Of a stretch of DNA of 57,254 bases, positions 36,136 through 44,084 are shown piece by piece. The stretch's first letter is position 1. Each line of letters begins with the position of its first letter. A program made the translations under genes and the position numbers. Origin of the DNA: Halobacteriota archaeon. Its GTDB lineage: Archaea > Halobacteriota > Syntropharchaeia > DAOWMC01. The notes under the pieces were generated by a model. The model had not been told where the DNA came from and did no database searches. It saw only the letters and a list, made by a program, of their open reading frames with translations. Where the stretch lies: the NCBI GenBank assembly GCA_034190245.1, contig JAXHTJ010000002.1, positions 1-57,254 of the forward strand, written 5' to 3'.

Positions 36136-38169
36136 TCAATCATCCACCCCACAAAATAACTCCATCTCTTTCTTCAAAGCATGAAATCCCCTGGGGTCTA
36201 GCGTCTTTGAATCCAGTGGAATTATCAACCGTGAAGTCGATGCCATCAGATAATCGTTAATTGCCTGAACGAATTTTAGTACAGTGGCAAAATCGTTCTG
36301 GGATACCAGGTATTCCAACCCATCGAGTAGAATAACGCTATCATTTGCTTCTTTTATGAAATTTATAAGCGTAGATTGTAATTTTGTGAAGAGATCATCC
36401 GGGTGTATGCAGGCCACCTCTGACACTTCATTTCTTGTAAGCCATATGACAGGCGTCTTCTCCAGATGGTATCTCTTCTTCACCTTTACCGAGTTCTTCC
36501 GTGAGATGCATAAGCCGGGTTTTCCGTGTTTCACGAGATCTACAAATATCTTATAGCCCAGATCGGAAGCTTCGTCGTCGATAAGATAAGCATCGCCCTG
36601 GTCGAGTTCATACTCCATCTCCGTATCTATTCTCTCCTCTTCAACAGGTTCTATTGAAAGGCCAGTAAGCTCCGATAGATCCTTTAGGGTGACGATGAGT
36701 CCATTCTCCTCTCCAGCTTCTTTTATAACGGCTGTAGAAAGACTCAGAGGTATCCTGGTTCCATCCTTCTTTGTGAAATCTATATTGAAGTCCTCTTTAC
36801 CTTCCATTTTTATCTCCAGTCCCATAATTGAAGATAGGGGCTTATTCTCATACTCTTCGACTCCAAGCAGCTTTTTTGCGCTTTTGTTCATCGTGTTTAC
36901 ATTCTGGGCAAGATCAGTTGAGATTGTTGCGACTGGGGATTCTTCGATCAGATTTTCCAGCCTTTCTTTGTATGTTAGTAGTGCTCTTTCTGCACGTTTG
37001 CGCTCGGTGATGTCACTCATGATTCCTATTGAACCGGTCATTTCACCATTGTGATCTTTGAGTACACTCAATGAGATGACCACGTCGATGACTTCATTTC
37101 CTTTATTGATGACTCTGGTCTCAAACTGATGCTTCACACCCTTACGCCTCACGTGCTGCTTCCTCAGTCTTTCCCATTCATCCGGGGAGTATAGAGAGCT
37201 TACCGGTCTCATGTAAAGATCGTCCCTGCCCATCCCGAGAAGATCCTCAGCGTGCTTGTTCCAGGAGACTATCCTCTCTTTTTCATCAGTGACAGTTATC
37301 GCAACGGCCGAATTCTCAAAGATGGTTCGGTACATCTCTTCGGCTAGCTGGAGCTCTAACTCCACTCGTTTTCGTTCCGTTATATCTGATACGAAGCCTT
37401 CTATGATCTCAAGCTCCCCATCTTCGGTAAATTGTCCCGATCCCTTTTCTAGGACCCATTTCTCCTCACCGTTTACGGTGTGGATCCGGTATGTGAGCTG
37501 AAACGGACGTTTCTCTTCCACTGCCGAGTCGATCTCAGAAAGGACCATCTTCCGATCGTCCTCGTCTATGAACTGCATATAAGCGATCCCTCCCAGATCG
37601 GATAACTGGTAGCCCGTGAGCCCCTTAACACCCTCACTTGCAAATACCATCGTCCTATCTTCGTCGTTTCGACACCGATATGCCATGCCAGGAAGATTCT
37701 TCATCAGATTTGAGATCGATCGCTGGCTTTTACGTAGCCTGGCCTCGGCCTCTCCCAATCGCCTCTCGACTGTGATCTGCTCAACAACCTGTTTTAACAC
37801 CTGTGGTAACAGATCCATGAAGCTGGCATCTTTCACAATATACTCACGAGCGCCGAGCTTCATCATCTCTACTGCTATCTTCTCATCACCCTGACCTGTG
37901 ACAACTATAAATGGAATGTCACTCCCCTTCTCGCGGAGCTTCTCAACAATCTGCTTTCCCGTCATATCGGGCAACCGATAATCGAGCAGGAGCAGGATAT
38001 ACTGTTTTTTATCTATCTTAATAATGGTTTCGTCACCATTTGATGCGAACTCAGTCTGAAAACCGATCCTATCAAAAGTTCTTTTGATGAGGTGATGTAA
38101 CTGCTCATCGTCCTCGGCAACAAGGATGGTACTTTTAACTTCGACACCATTTTCGCTCAATTGCATCAT
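36136..38169 (-). CDS. Response-regulator receiver-PAS(x3)-DUF835-like domain protein
   Basis: The REC domain reads ILVAEDDEQ...LLLDYRLPDM...KD. PAS repeats end in ITERKR junctions. The C-terminus reads KHGKPGLCISR...PVIWLT...VILLDGLEYL...IIPLD. I set the start at MMQLSENG (38169) because the ORF-track extension to 38382 overlaps the upstream gene by about 200 nt. Confidence 0.75.
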   Translation of the reverse strand: MMQLSENGVEVKSTILVAEDDEQLHHLIKRTFDRIGFQTEFASNGDETIIKIDKKQYILLLLDYRLPDMTGKQIVEKLREKGSDIPFIVVTGQGDEKIAVEMMKLGAREYIVKDASFMDLLPQVLKQVVEQITVERRLGEAEARLRKSQRSISNLMKNLPGMAYRCRNDEDRTMVFASEGVKGLTGYQLSDLGGIAYMQFIDEDDRKMVLSEIDSAVEEKRPFQLTYRIHTVNGEEKWVLEKGSGQFTEDGELEIIEGFVSDITERKRVELELQLAEEMYRTIFENSAVAITVTDEKERIVSWNKHAEDLLGMGRDDLYMRPVSSLYSPDEWERLRKQHVRRKGVKHQFETRVINKGNEVIDVVISLSVLKDHNGEMTGSIGIMSDITERKRAERALLTYKERLENLIEESPVATISTDLAQNVNTMNKSAKKLLGVEEYENKPLSSIMGLEIKMEGKEDFNIDFTKKDGTRIPLSLSTAVIKEAGEENGLIVTLKDLSELTGLSIEPVEEERIDTEMEYELDQGDAYLIDDEASDLGYKIFVDLVKHGKPGLCISRKNSVKVKKRYHLEKTPVIWLTRNEVSEVACIHPDDLFTKLQSTLINFIKEANDSVILLDGLEYLVSQNDFATVLKFVQAINDYLMASTSRLIIPLDSKTLDPRGFHALKKEMELFCGVDD

Positions 38170-38185
38170 ACTCCTTTTGAAGATA

Positions 38186-39613
38186 TTACCCCACAGAAAC
38201 GGCCAAACAAGCCATTTTTCTCTTTTTTGGGATCGTGAAATAAAATGTAGAACCTTTGCCTTCCCCGCTACTTTCGGCCCATATCTTACCGCCCTGCTTC
38301 TCGACGATGCGCTTGCAAATTGAGAGGCCAAGACCCGATGAATCGAGATCATGTCTGGATGCATCAGCCTTGTAGAACTCATCGAAGATTTGACTCAACT
38401 CTTCCCCGGCCATACCTACCCCTGTATCCTTCACTGATACTATGACAAAATCATCACAATTTTTTGAATTGATGGTTATTGTACCGCCGCCCTCATAGCT
38501 GTACTTTACGGCATTGGAGATGAGATTGTCAATGATCTCCTTACCATACTTTGTAATAAACTTCGCCTCAACACGACTCGCCTCTCCTCCCGACATCAGG
38601 TTCTTGAATTGCTTCAGGCAGTGTACTATGCTGTCAGGATGTATTATGTCAAACAAGGATAGATCAATAACCTCCTCCTTTGTATAACCGAGTGTCTTCA
38701 ACCATGTTCGGTTAACAAAAAGCAGGTGACCGCTGGGACTGACGCTTTGAATGAGGTCATTTGCATTGTCAAAGAAGTCCTGCAACCGTGCCTGACTCAC
38801 ACGTAAGTTCTCTTCAGCCTTCTTACGTTCGGTGATATCAGATATGAAACCTTCCAATGCCTCTAATTCTCCATCGGGGGAAAACACACCCGATCCCTTC
38901 TCCCAGACCCATTTTACTCCACCATCTAAAGTATTGATCCGATAGAAGAGTTCGAAAGGACGTTTCTCTTCCACGGACGATTGAATCTCTGTAAAGACCA
39001 TCTCTTTATCATCCGGGTGAATGAGTAAGGAATAACTGATCCCTTTCAGATGGGAGTGCTCATGGCCGGTGAGTTCCACACCTCCCTCGCTTGAGAATAT
39101 CATCGTCCTATCCTCGTCATTTTGACACCTGTACGCCATGCCGGGAAGGTTCTTCATCAGGTTAGAGATAGCACGCTCTCTTTCGTGCAATTTGGTCTCA
39201 GTTTCGACCAAATGTCTTTCGGTCTTAAGTTGCTCGCTCACGCGCTCAACAATCTGAGGCAGAAGATCGATCAAACCCGGATCTTTGACAACATAGTCGC
39301 GAGCACCGAGTTTCATCATTGTCACAGCAGTATTTTCATCACCGTTTCCAGTGACCACTATGAAAGGGATATTGTGATGTGTTCTGGCAAGCTCCTCTAT
39401 CACATGCTTTCCGGTCATATCCGGTAAGCTGTAATCCAGCAAGACAAGGGTCCTTGGGCTTTCGTTTATCTTTGCAATGGCTTCGGCGCCGTTTGATGCG
39501 GTATCAGTCTGAAAACCATGCCTATTAAGAGTATTTATAATCAGGCGAGATAACCCTTCATTATATTCTACCACGAGAATTTTCTCTTCAACGCCTGCAC
39601 TTCCCTCATTCAT
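38186..39613 (-). CDS. REC-PAS-(truncated PAS)-HATPase protein lacking a DHp/H-box
   Basis: The REC acidic pocket reads VVEYNEG, where paralogs have EDDE. The acceptor context LLDYSLPDM is kept. The second PAS runs straight into the N-box (KYGKEIIDNLISNAVKYS, nt about 38533). No SHDLR-type H-box is present. Confidence 0.7.
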   Translation of the reverse strand: MNEGSAGVEEKILVVEYNEGLSRLIINTLNRHGFQTDTASNGAEAIAKINESPRTLVLLDYSLPDMTGKHVIEELARTHHNIPFIVVTGNGDENTAVTMMKLGARDYVVKDPGLIDLLPQIVERVSEQLKTERHLVETETKLHERERAISNLMKNLPGMAYRCQNDEDRTMIFSSEGGVELTGHEHSHLKGISYSLLIHPDDKEMVFTEIQSSVEEKRPFELFYRINTLDGGVKWVWEKGSGVFSPDGELEALEGFISDITERKKAEENLRVSQARLQDFFDNANDLIQSVSPSGHLLFVNRTWLKTLGYTKEEVIDLSLFDIIHPDSIVHCLKQFKNLMSGGEASRVEAKFITKYGKEIIDNLISNAVKYSYEGGGTITINSKNCDDFVIVSVKDTGVGMAGEELSQIFDEFYKADASRHDLDSSGLGLSICKRIVEKQGGKIWAESSGEGKGSTFYFTIPKKRKMACLAVSVG

Positions 39614-39656
39614 ACCAGATTAAAACCCCCATCAGTCCATGGCACTTTTTAAACCT

Positions 39657-41357
39657 CTATTTTCCCTTAAATAGCACCATCTCCTTCTTCAGACCATGAA
39701 ATCTCTGTGGATCAAGGGCATTTGAATCAAGAGGGATTATCAATCGAGATTTTGACATCATCAGATCGTCATTTATCGCCTGGACAAATTTTAAAACAGA
39801 AGAAAAATCGTTCTGCGAGATCAGGTACTCAAGACCATCCATGAGTACAACACCATCATTTGCCTCTTTTATGAAATTGACAAGTGTTGATTGTAGCTTG
39901 GTGATGAGATCAGTGGGATGTATACAGGTCACTTCCGTTACTTCATTTCGAGTTAGCCAGATGACGGGTGTCTTCTCTAACTTATACCTCTCCTTGATCC
40001 TGATAGGATTCTGTCTCGAGATGCATAGCCCCGGTTTACCGTGTTTTACTAGATCCACAAATACCTCGAAACCGATATCGGATGAATCACTATCAATGAG
40101 GTAAGCATTCCCATTATCTATCTCAAACTCCATATCAGTCTCAACTCTCTCATCTTCTTCTACTGGTTTTATATCGAGACCAGAAAGCTTTGATATGTCC
40201 TCTAGTGTGATTATAAGTCCTTTCTTCTCTTTTCCTTCCCTTAAGACGACAGTAGAGACATTTAGAGGTATTCTGGGGCCCTTTGCTTTCTTGAACTTGA
40301 GGCTGAAGTCATTCTTAGTCATCATCACCATCTCCACCCCTAGAATTGAAGATAGATGCTTATTTTCATACTTTTCGACTTCAAGTAGCTTTTTTGCGCT
40401 TTTATTCATGGTTATTATAGTTCCGGAGAGGTCGGTTGAAATTGTTGCAATCGGGGATTCCTCAACCAACTTTTCTAACCTTTCTTTATATACAAGAAGC
40501 TCCTCTTCCGCCATTTTTCGATCGGTGATATCCATTATAAAGCCTTCCAGAGCATTGAGGCCCCCATCAGGCGAAAATACCCCTAATCCTTTCTCCAGAA
40601 CCCATCTCTCCTCATCATCGGTAGAATTGATACGATAAGTGATTTCGAAAGGACGTTTCTCTTCCACTGCCGAGTCGATCTCAGAAAGGACCATCTCCAG
40701 ATCGTCCGGGTGTATAAGTTCGGCATAAGAGCTTTCTTTCAGGTCAAGGGGCTCGTAGCCAGAGAGTTTTATGCAGCCCTCGCTAACGAATATCATTGTC
40801 CTCTCTTCGTCGTTTTCGCACCTGTATGCCATGCCGGGAAGGTTACCCATCAGAGTTGTGATGGTTCGCTGGCTTTCGCGCAGCCTGATCTTTGTTTCAG
40901 CAAGTCTACCCTCGGTGCCCAACTGTTTGATAGCCCGACGTACCACCATCGGTAAAAGATCCATGAAACGGGCGTCTTTCACAATATAGTCGCGGGCACC
41001 GAGCTTCATCATATCCACCGCCACCCTCTCATCGCCCTGCCCTGTCATTACTACGAACGGTACCTGGACCTTCTTCTCGATAAGCTTCTCAACGATCTCT
41101 TTTCCGGTCATATCCGGTAAGCCGTAGTCCAGCAATAGTAAAATATTCTGGTTATTACCTATCTTTGCAATAGCTTCAGTACCGTTTGTTGCTAAGTCAC
41201 ACTGAAAACCGGCCCTCTTGAGATGCTTTGCAATCAGGCGGCCTAAACCTTCGTCATCTTCGACTATAAAGAGGGTTCTTTTAACCTCGGCATTTCCTTC
41301 ATCCTTATCGATCATCGACTCTATAGACCTCTGTCGGATTACGACCTCATTACTCAC
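39657..41357 (-). CDS. Response-regulator receiver-PAS-PAS-DUF835-like domain protein
   Basis: It is a paralog of the 36136 gene (LFIVEDDEG, LLLDYGLPDM, KHGKPGLCISRQNP, PVIWLTRNEV, VVLMDGLEYL). It overlaps the upstream gene by 8 nt. Confidence 0.75.
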   Translation of the reverse strand: MSNEVVIRQRSIESMIDKDEGNAEVKRTLFIVEDDEGLGRLIAKHLKRAGFQCDLATNGTEAIAKIGNNQNILLLLDYGLPDMTGKEIVEKLIEKKVQVPFVVMTGQGDERVAVDMMKLGARDYIVKDARFMDLLPMVVRRAIKQLGTEGRLAETKIRLRESQRTITTLMGNLPGMAYRCENDEERTMIFVSEGCIKLSGYEPLDLKESSYAELIHPDDLEMVLSEIDSAVEEKRPFEITYRINSTDDEERWVLEKGLGVFSPDGGLNALEGFIMDITDRKMAEEELLVYKERLEKLVEESPIATISTDLSGTIITMNKSAKKLLEVEKYENKHLSSILGVEMVMMTKNDFSLKFKKAKGPRIPLNVSTVVLREGKEKKGLIITLEDISKLSGLDIKPVEEDERVETDMEFEIDNGNAYLIDSDSSDIGFEVFVDLVKHGKPGLCISRQNPIRIKERYKLEKTPVIWLTRNEVTEVTCIHPTDLITKLQSTLVNFIKEANDGVVLMDGLEYLISQNDFSSVLKFVQAINDDLMMSKSRLIIPLDSNALDPQRFHGLKKEMVLFKGK

Positions 41358-42570
41358 TATTCTCGCCTCTCTTATTTTTATCTCTCACAAATGGCAAAGA
41401 TACAAAGAATTTTGACCCCTCACCTTCAGTGGATTCAACCCGGATCCCCCCGTTGTTGCGGCTCAAAATCTTGGAGACAATGCTCAGTCCCAGACCCTCA
41501 CCTTCAGTGGATTTTGGATCAAGCCTGCGGAATATTATGAAGATATCTTTTTGATTCTTCTCGGGAATGCCGAGTCCATTATCCTCAACACAATAGACGA
41601 CCTCTCCTCCTTTTCTCTCCCCCGTGATCTTTATAATCCCATGCTTCTCAGGATCACGATACTTCAGTGCATTGTCAACCAGATTGGAGAAGACCTGGTT
41701 GATCTGTACAGCGTCCCCTATGCAAGGAGGGAGATCACCTGTTACTACACTCATCCCTGCTTCTTTGACCCTGAACTCGAAGCTCTTTTTAATATCTGAT
41801 AACATCGCGTTCATGTCCAGGTCTTCAAAGTTAAGGGCAGCACGTCCCAGCCGGGAAAGCCGCAAGAGACCCGTAAGTAAAGTATCCATCTTGGAAACAC
41901 TTGCCTGGATGAACTCAAGTGTATCAGGAATGTCCTCTTCAAAGATGGGTGAAAGGTTCTCCCACACATCTTGCGGAATCTCTACATCATTTAAAATTGA
42001 AGCCAATTCTTCCATGGTGTAGCAGAGTTCCTTGCTGAAGCCCTGGACATTCACAAGCGGTGAACGCAGGTCGTGGGATGTTACATGGATGACTGTTTCC
42101 AGTTCTTTGTTCTTTTCTGTGATCTCTTCGTTCAACTTCGCAAGCGCTCTCTCTGCCCTCTTGCTCTCCATTACAAGGTGCGTCAGTTCAGTGACATCCT
42201 GCACTGCAAAGAGCGCATTGAAGTCATCTTCATCTTGTGCAGGCACTGCCGTTATGATGGTGTGCTGAATCATTGGTTCGCCGTTTGGAAGTTTTGAAGA
42301 AAAGAGCTGTTTGTGGAGTTGGGAAGAGAATATTGTCGGAGGACCCCCTTCAAATATGGAGTCTATTCGGATATGATATTTCGGATCTTTTAAGTGTGGG
42401 AAACGCTCTCTCAGATCCGTACCGATGATATCTTCTCTATTTATCCCTGTCCAGTCTTCAAGACAACTGTTCCAGAAGATAACTTTGTAATCTCTGTCGA
42501 TCACACACATCCCCACCGGAGCGGAATCAAGCACATCAAATCCTTGCATCGAGATCTCTTGCTTCATCAT
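41350..42570 (-). CDS. PAS-sensor histidine kinase
   Basis: One PAS domain (VGMCVIDRDYKVIFWN), the H-box TSHDLRSPL, the N-box FSNLVDNALKY, and DNGLGIP...GEGLGLS. Its start overlaps the stop of the CheC-like gene (ATGA). Confidence 0.85.
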   Translation of the reverse strand: MMKQEISMQGFDVLDSAPVGMCVIDRDYKVIFWNSCLEDWTGINREDIIGTDLRERFPHLKDPKYHIRIDSIFEGGPPTIFSSQLHKQLFSSKLPNGEPMIQHTIITAVPAQDEDDFNALFAVQDVTELTHLVMESKRAERALAKLNEEITEKNKELETVIHVTSHDLRSPLVNVQGFSKELCYTMEELASILNDVEIPQDVWENLSPIFEEDIPDTLEFIQASVSKMDTLLTGLLRLSRLGRAALNFEDLDMNAMLSDIKKSFEFRVKEAGMSVVTGDLPPCIGDAVQINQVFSNLVDNALKYRDPEKHGIIKITGERKGGEVVYCVEDNGLGIPEKNQKDIFIIFRRLDPKSTEGEGLGLSIVSKILSRNNGGIRVESTEGEGSKFFVSLPFVRDKNKRGENSE

Positions 42571-43184
42571 ATTGTGTTAACTCCCTCGCAGACGATGATA
42601 GATTCGACTGCTTCGAGGAGCATGTCGAAACTGCTCAGTTCAAAAAATAAGGCAACATCGCCTTCAATTTTTAATTCTTCAATCAAAAACCTTGTCCGTG
42701 CAAGCAGGATAACAGTATCAGATCCAATTTCCGGGGGCAAAAGATTTGTAGAGTCTCCTTCTACATAGCTTGGAACAGAATATTTGAGATTGAACTTGAG
42801 TATGTTGCTTATGGATCCTACAACGGTATTCAGAACTATGTTACCGACTTCATTTAGAGTGCCCGCACGGATTGAATCGAGATTCAGATCATCTCCTTCA
42901 TCACCGGTAAATGCAGTTATTAGCTTCGATGCACTTTCTGCGGGAAATATTAATTCCGCTGTTCCCGAAGTGTCTCCCTTAAAACCCAGTTTAACTGATG
43001 CAAGTCGATTTTCGGTATTTGTTTCCATCTCTCTTTGCAACTCGTCAGGAGATAGCACCTTTATATATGGAACTTGCAGTTGAATGTGCGAATTTAGCAT
43101 TGTGTTCAGCACATCTGCACCATGTCCGACTCCGATGTTTATGAGCTCCCTTAATGCATCTATCTGTTTGTCTGTGGGCTGCAT
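42567..43184 (-). CDS. CheC-family CheY-P phosphatase-like protein
   Basis: DALRELIN...(22 aa)...P is an exact match to the CheC consensus [DS]-x3-E-x2-N-x22-P. A second pseudo-repeat, GTLNEVGN...(22 aa)...P, has Gly at the first position. Confidence 0.7.
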   Translation of the reverse strand: MQPTDKQIDALRELINIGVGHGADVLNTMLNSHIQLQVPYIKVLSPDELQREMETNTENRLASVKLGFKGDTSGTAELIFPAESASKLITAFTGDEGDDLNLDSIRAGTLNEVGNIVLNTVVGSISNILKFNLKYSVPSYVEGDSTNLLPPEIGSDTVILLARTRFLIEELKIEGDVALFFELSSFDMLLEAVESIIVCEGVNTI

Positions 43185-43558
43185 AGCTCCTCGTTTTTAT
43201 TAGAACTGAGGACCTTTTGAAGTGCTCCAAGCATTTCATCTTCTTTCGGTACTTTATTCAGAAAATCGGCGACCCCAAGTTCGAAACATTTCGTCTTCGT
43301 TGTTTCCTGGATGTCTGCTGAAAGGACAATCACAGGAATAGAAAGTCCTTTTTCTTTAAGTTTCTCAAGTACCCCAAAACCGTCCATTTCTGGCATTAGA
43401 ATGTCTAAAAAGATACATTCCGGTTTTTCTGCTACTGCCTTTTCAAGAGCTTCAACTCCGTCTGAAGCTTCAATTACTTCATGGCCTTCGGTTTTTAAGG
43501 CTTTCTTTACAATCTGGCGAATCAACATGGAATCATCTACAACTAAAATTCGGGCCAT
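43160..43558 (-). CDS. CheY-like single-domain response regulator
   Basis: ILVVDDSMLIRQ, FLDILMPEMDG, and VIVLSAD. It overlaps the CheC-like gene by 25 nt. Confidence 0.8.
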   Translation of the reverse strand: MARILVVDDSMLIRQIVKKALKTEGHEVIEASDGVEALEKAVAEKPECIFLDILMPEMDGFGVLEKLKEKGLSIPVIVLSADIQETTKTKCFELGVADFLNKVPKEDEMLGALQKVLSSNKNEELCSPQTNR

Positions 43559-43634
43559 AGAGATCCCCCTCCTTCAAACCAAATGCCATTTAGTTTTTTC
43601 ATGTTTCATTTCCCTCCATTTTTTGTTTATTTCA

Positions 43635-44084
43635 TCAAATCTCTATCCCATCGATCTCTGGCACTTCCACAACGGAAAGGAAGAGTCCGAATTGATGAAT
43701 AGCCTCAACGAACTTCTCATAGTCTACGGGTTTGGCGATGTAGTTGCTGCACCCCAGAGAATGACAACGCTTAATCTCCCTCGGATCGTCTGTTGTGGTA
43801 AGCATCGTCACAGGAAGTTTCTTTAACTCTTCGTCCTTTTTTATCTGCCTCAGGACCTCGATACCATCAACCTTTGGCATTCTGATGTCCAGAAGTAGCA
43901 GATAAGCTGTACCATCCTCGCGGTGTGGTGGTTCACCCCTTTTGAAGAGGAAGTTCAATACCTCTTCCCCATTCTTGAAATGGATGATCTCGTTTGTTAC
44001 ACCCGACCGCTCAAAGTTCCTTTTGATAAGGGAGACATGCCCTACATCGTCATCTGCAATCAAAATTACGATCCTACTATTCAT
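43635..44084 (-). CDS. Single-domain response regulator (Rcp1-like)
   Basis: MNSRIVILIADDDVGH..LLLLDIRMPKVDG..LTTTDDP..KP. I chose the start by alignment to the paralog at 46052-46507. It overlaps the upstream kinase stop by 8 nt. Confidence 0.8.
   Translation of the reverse strand: MNSRIVILIADDDVGHVSLIKRNFERSGVTNEIIHFKNGEEVLNFLFKRGEPPHREDGTAYLLLLDIRMPKVDGIEVLRQIKKDEELKKLPVTMLTTTDDPREIKRCHSLGCSNYIAKPVDYEKFVEAIHQFGLFLSVVEVPEIDGIEI

Noticed and set aside
38170-38382. N-terminal 71-aa extension of ORF 36136..38382 (MSSTRLMHPD...).
   Set aside because: It overlaps the 3' end of the upstream gene 38186..39613 by about 200 nt. Paralogs begin close to the receiver domain. The MMQLSENG start at 38169 follows AAGGAG.
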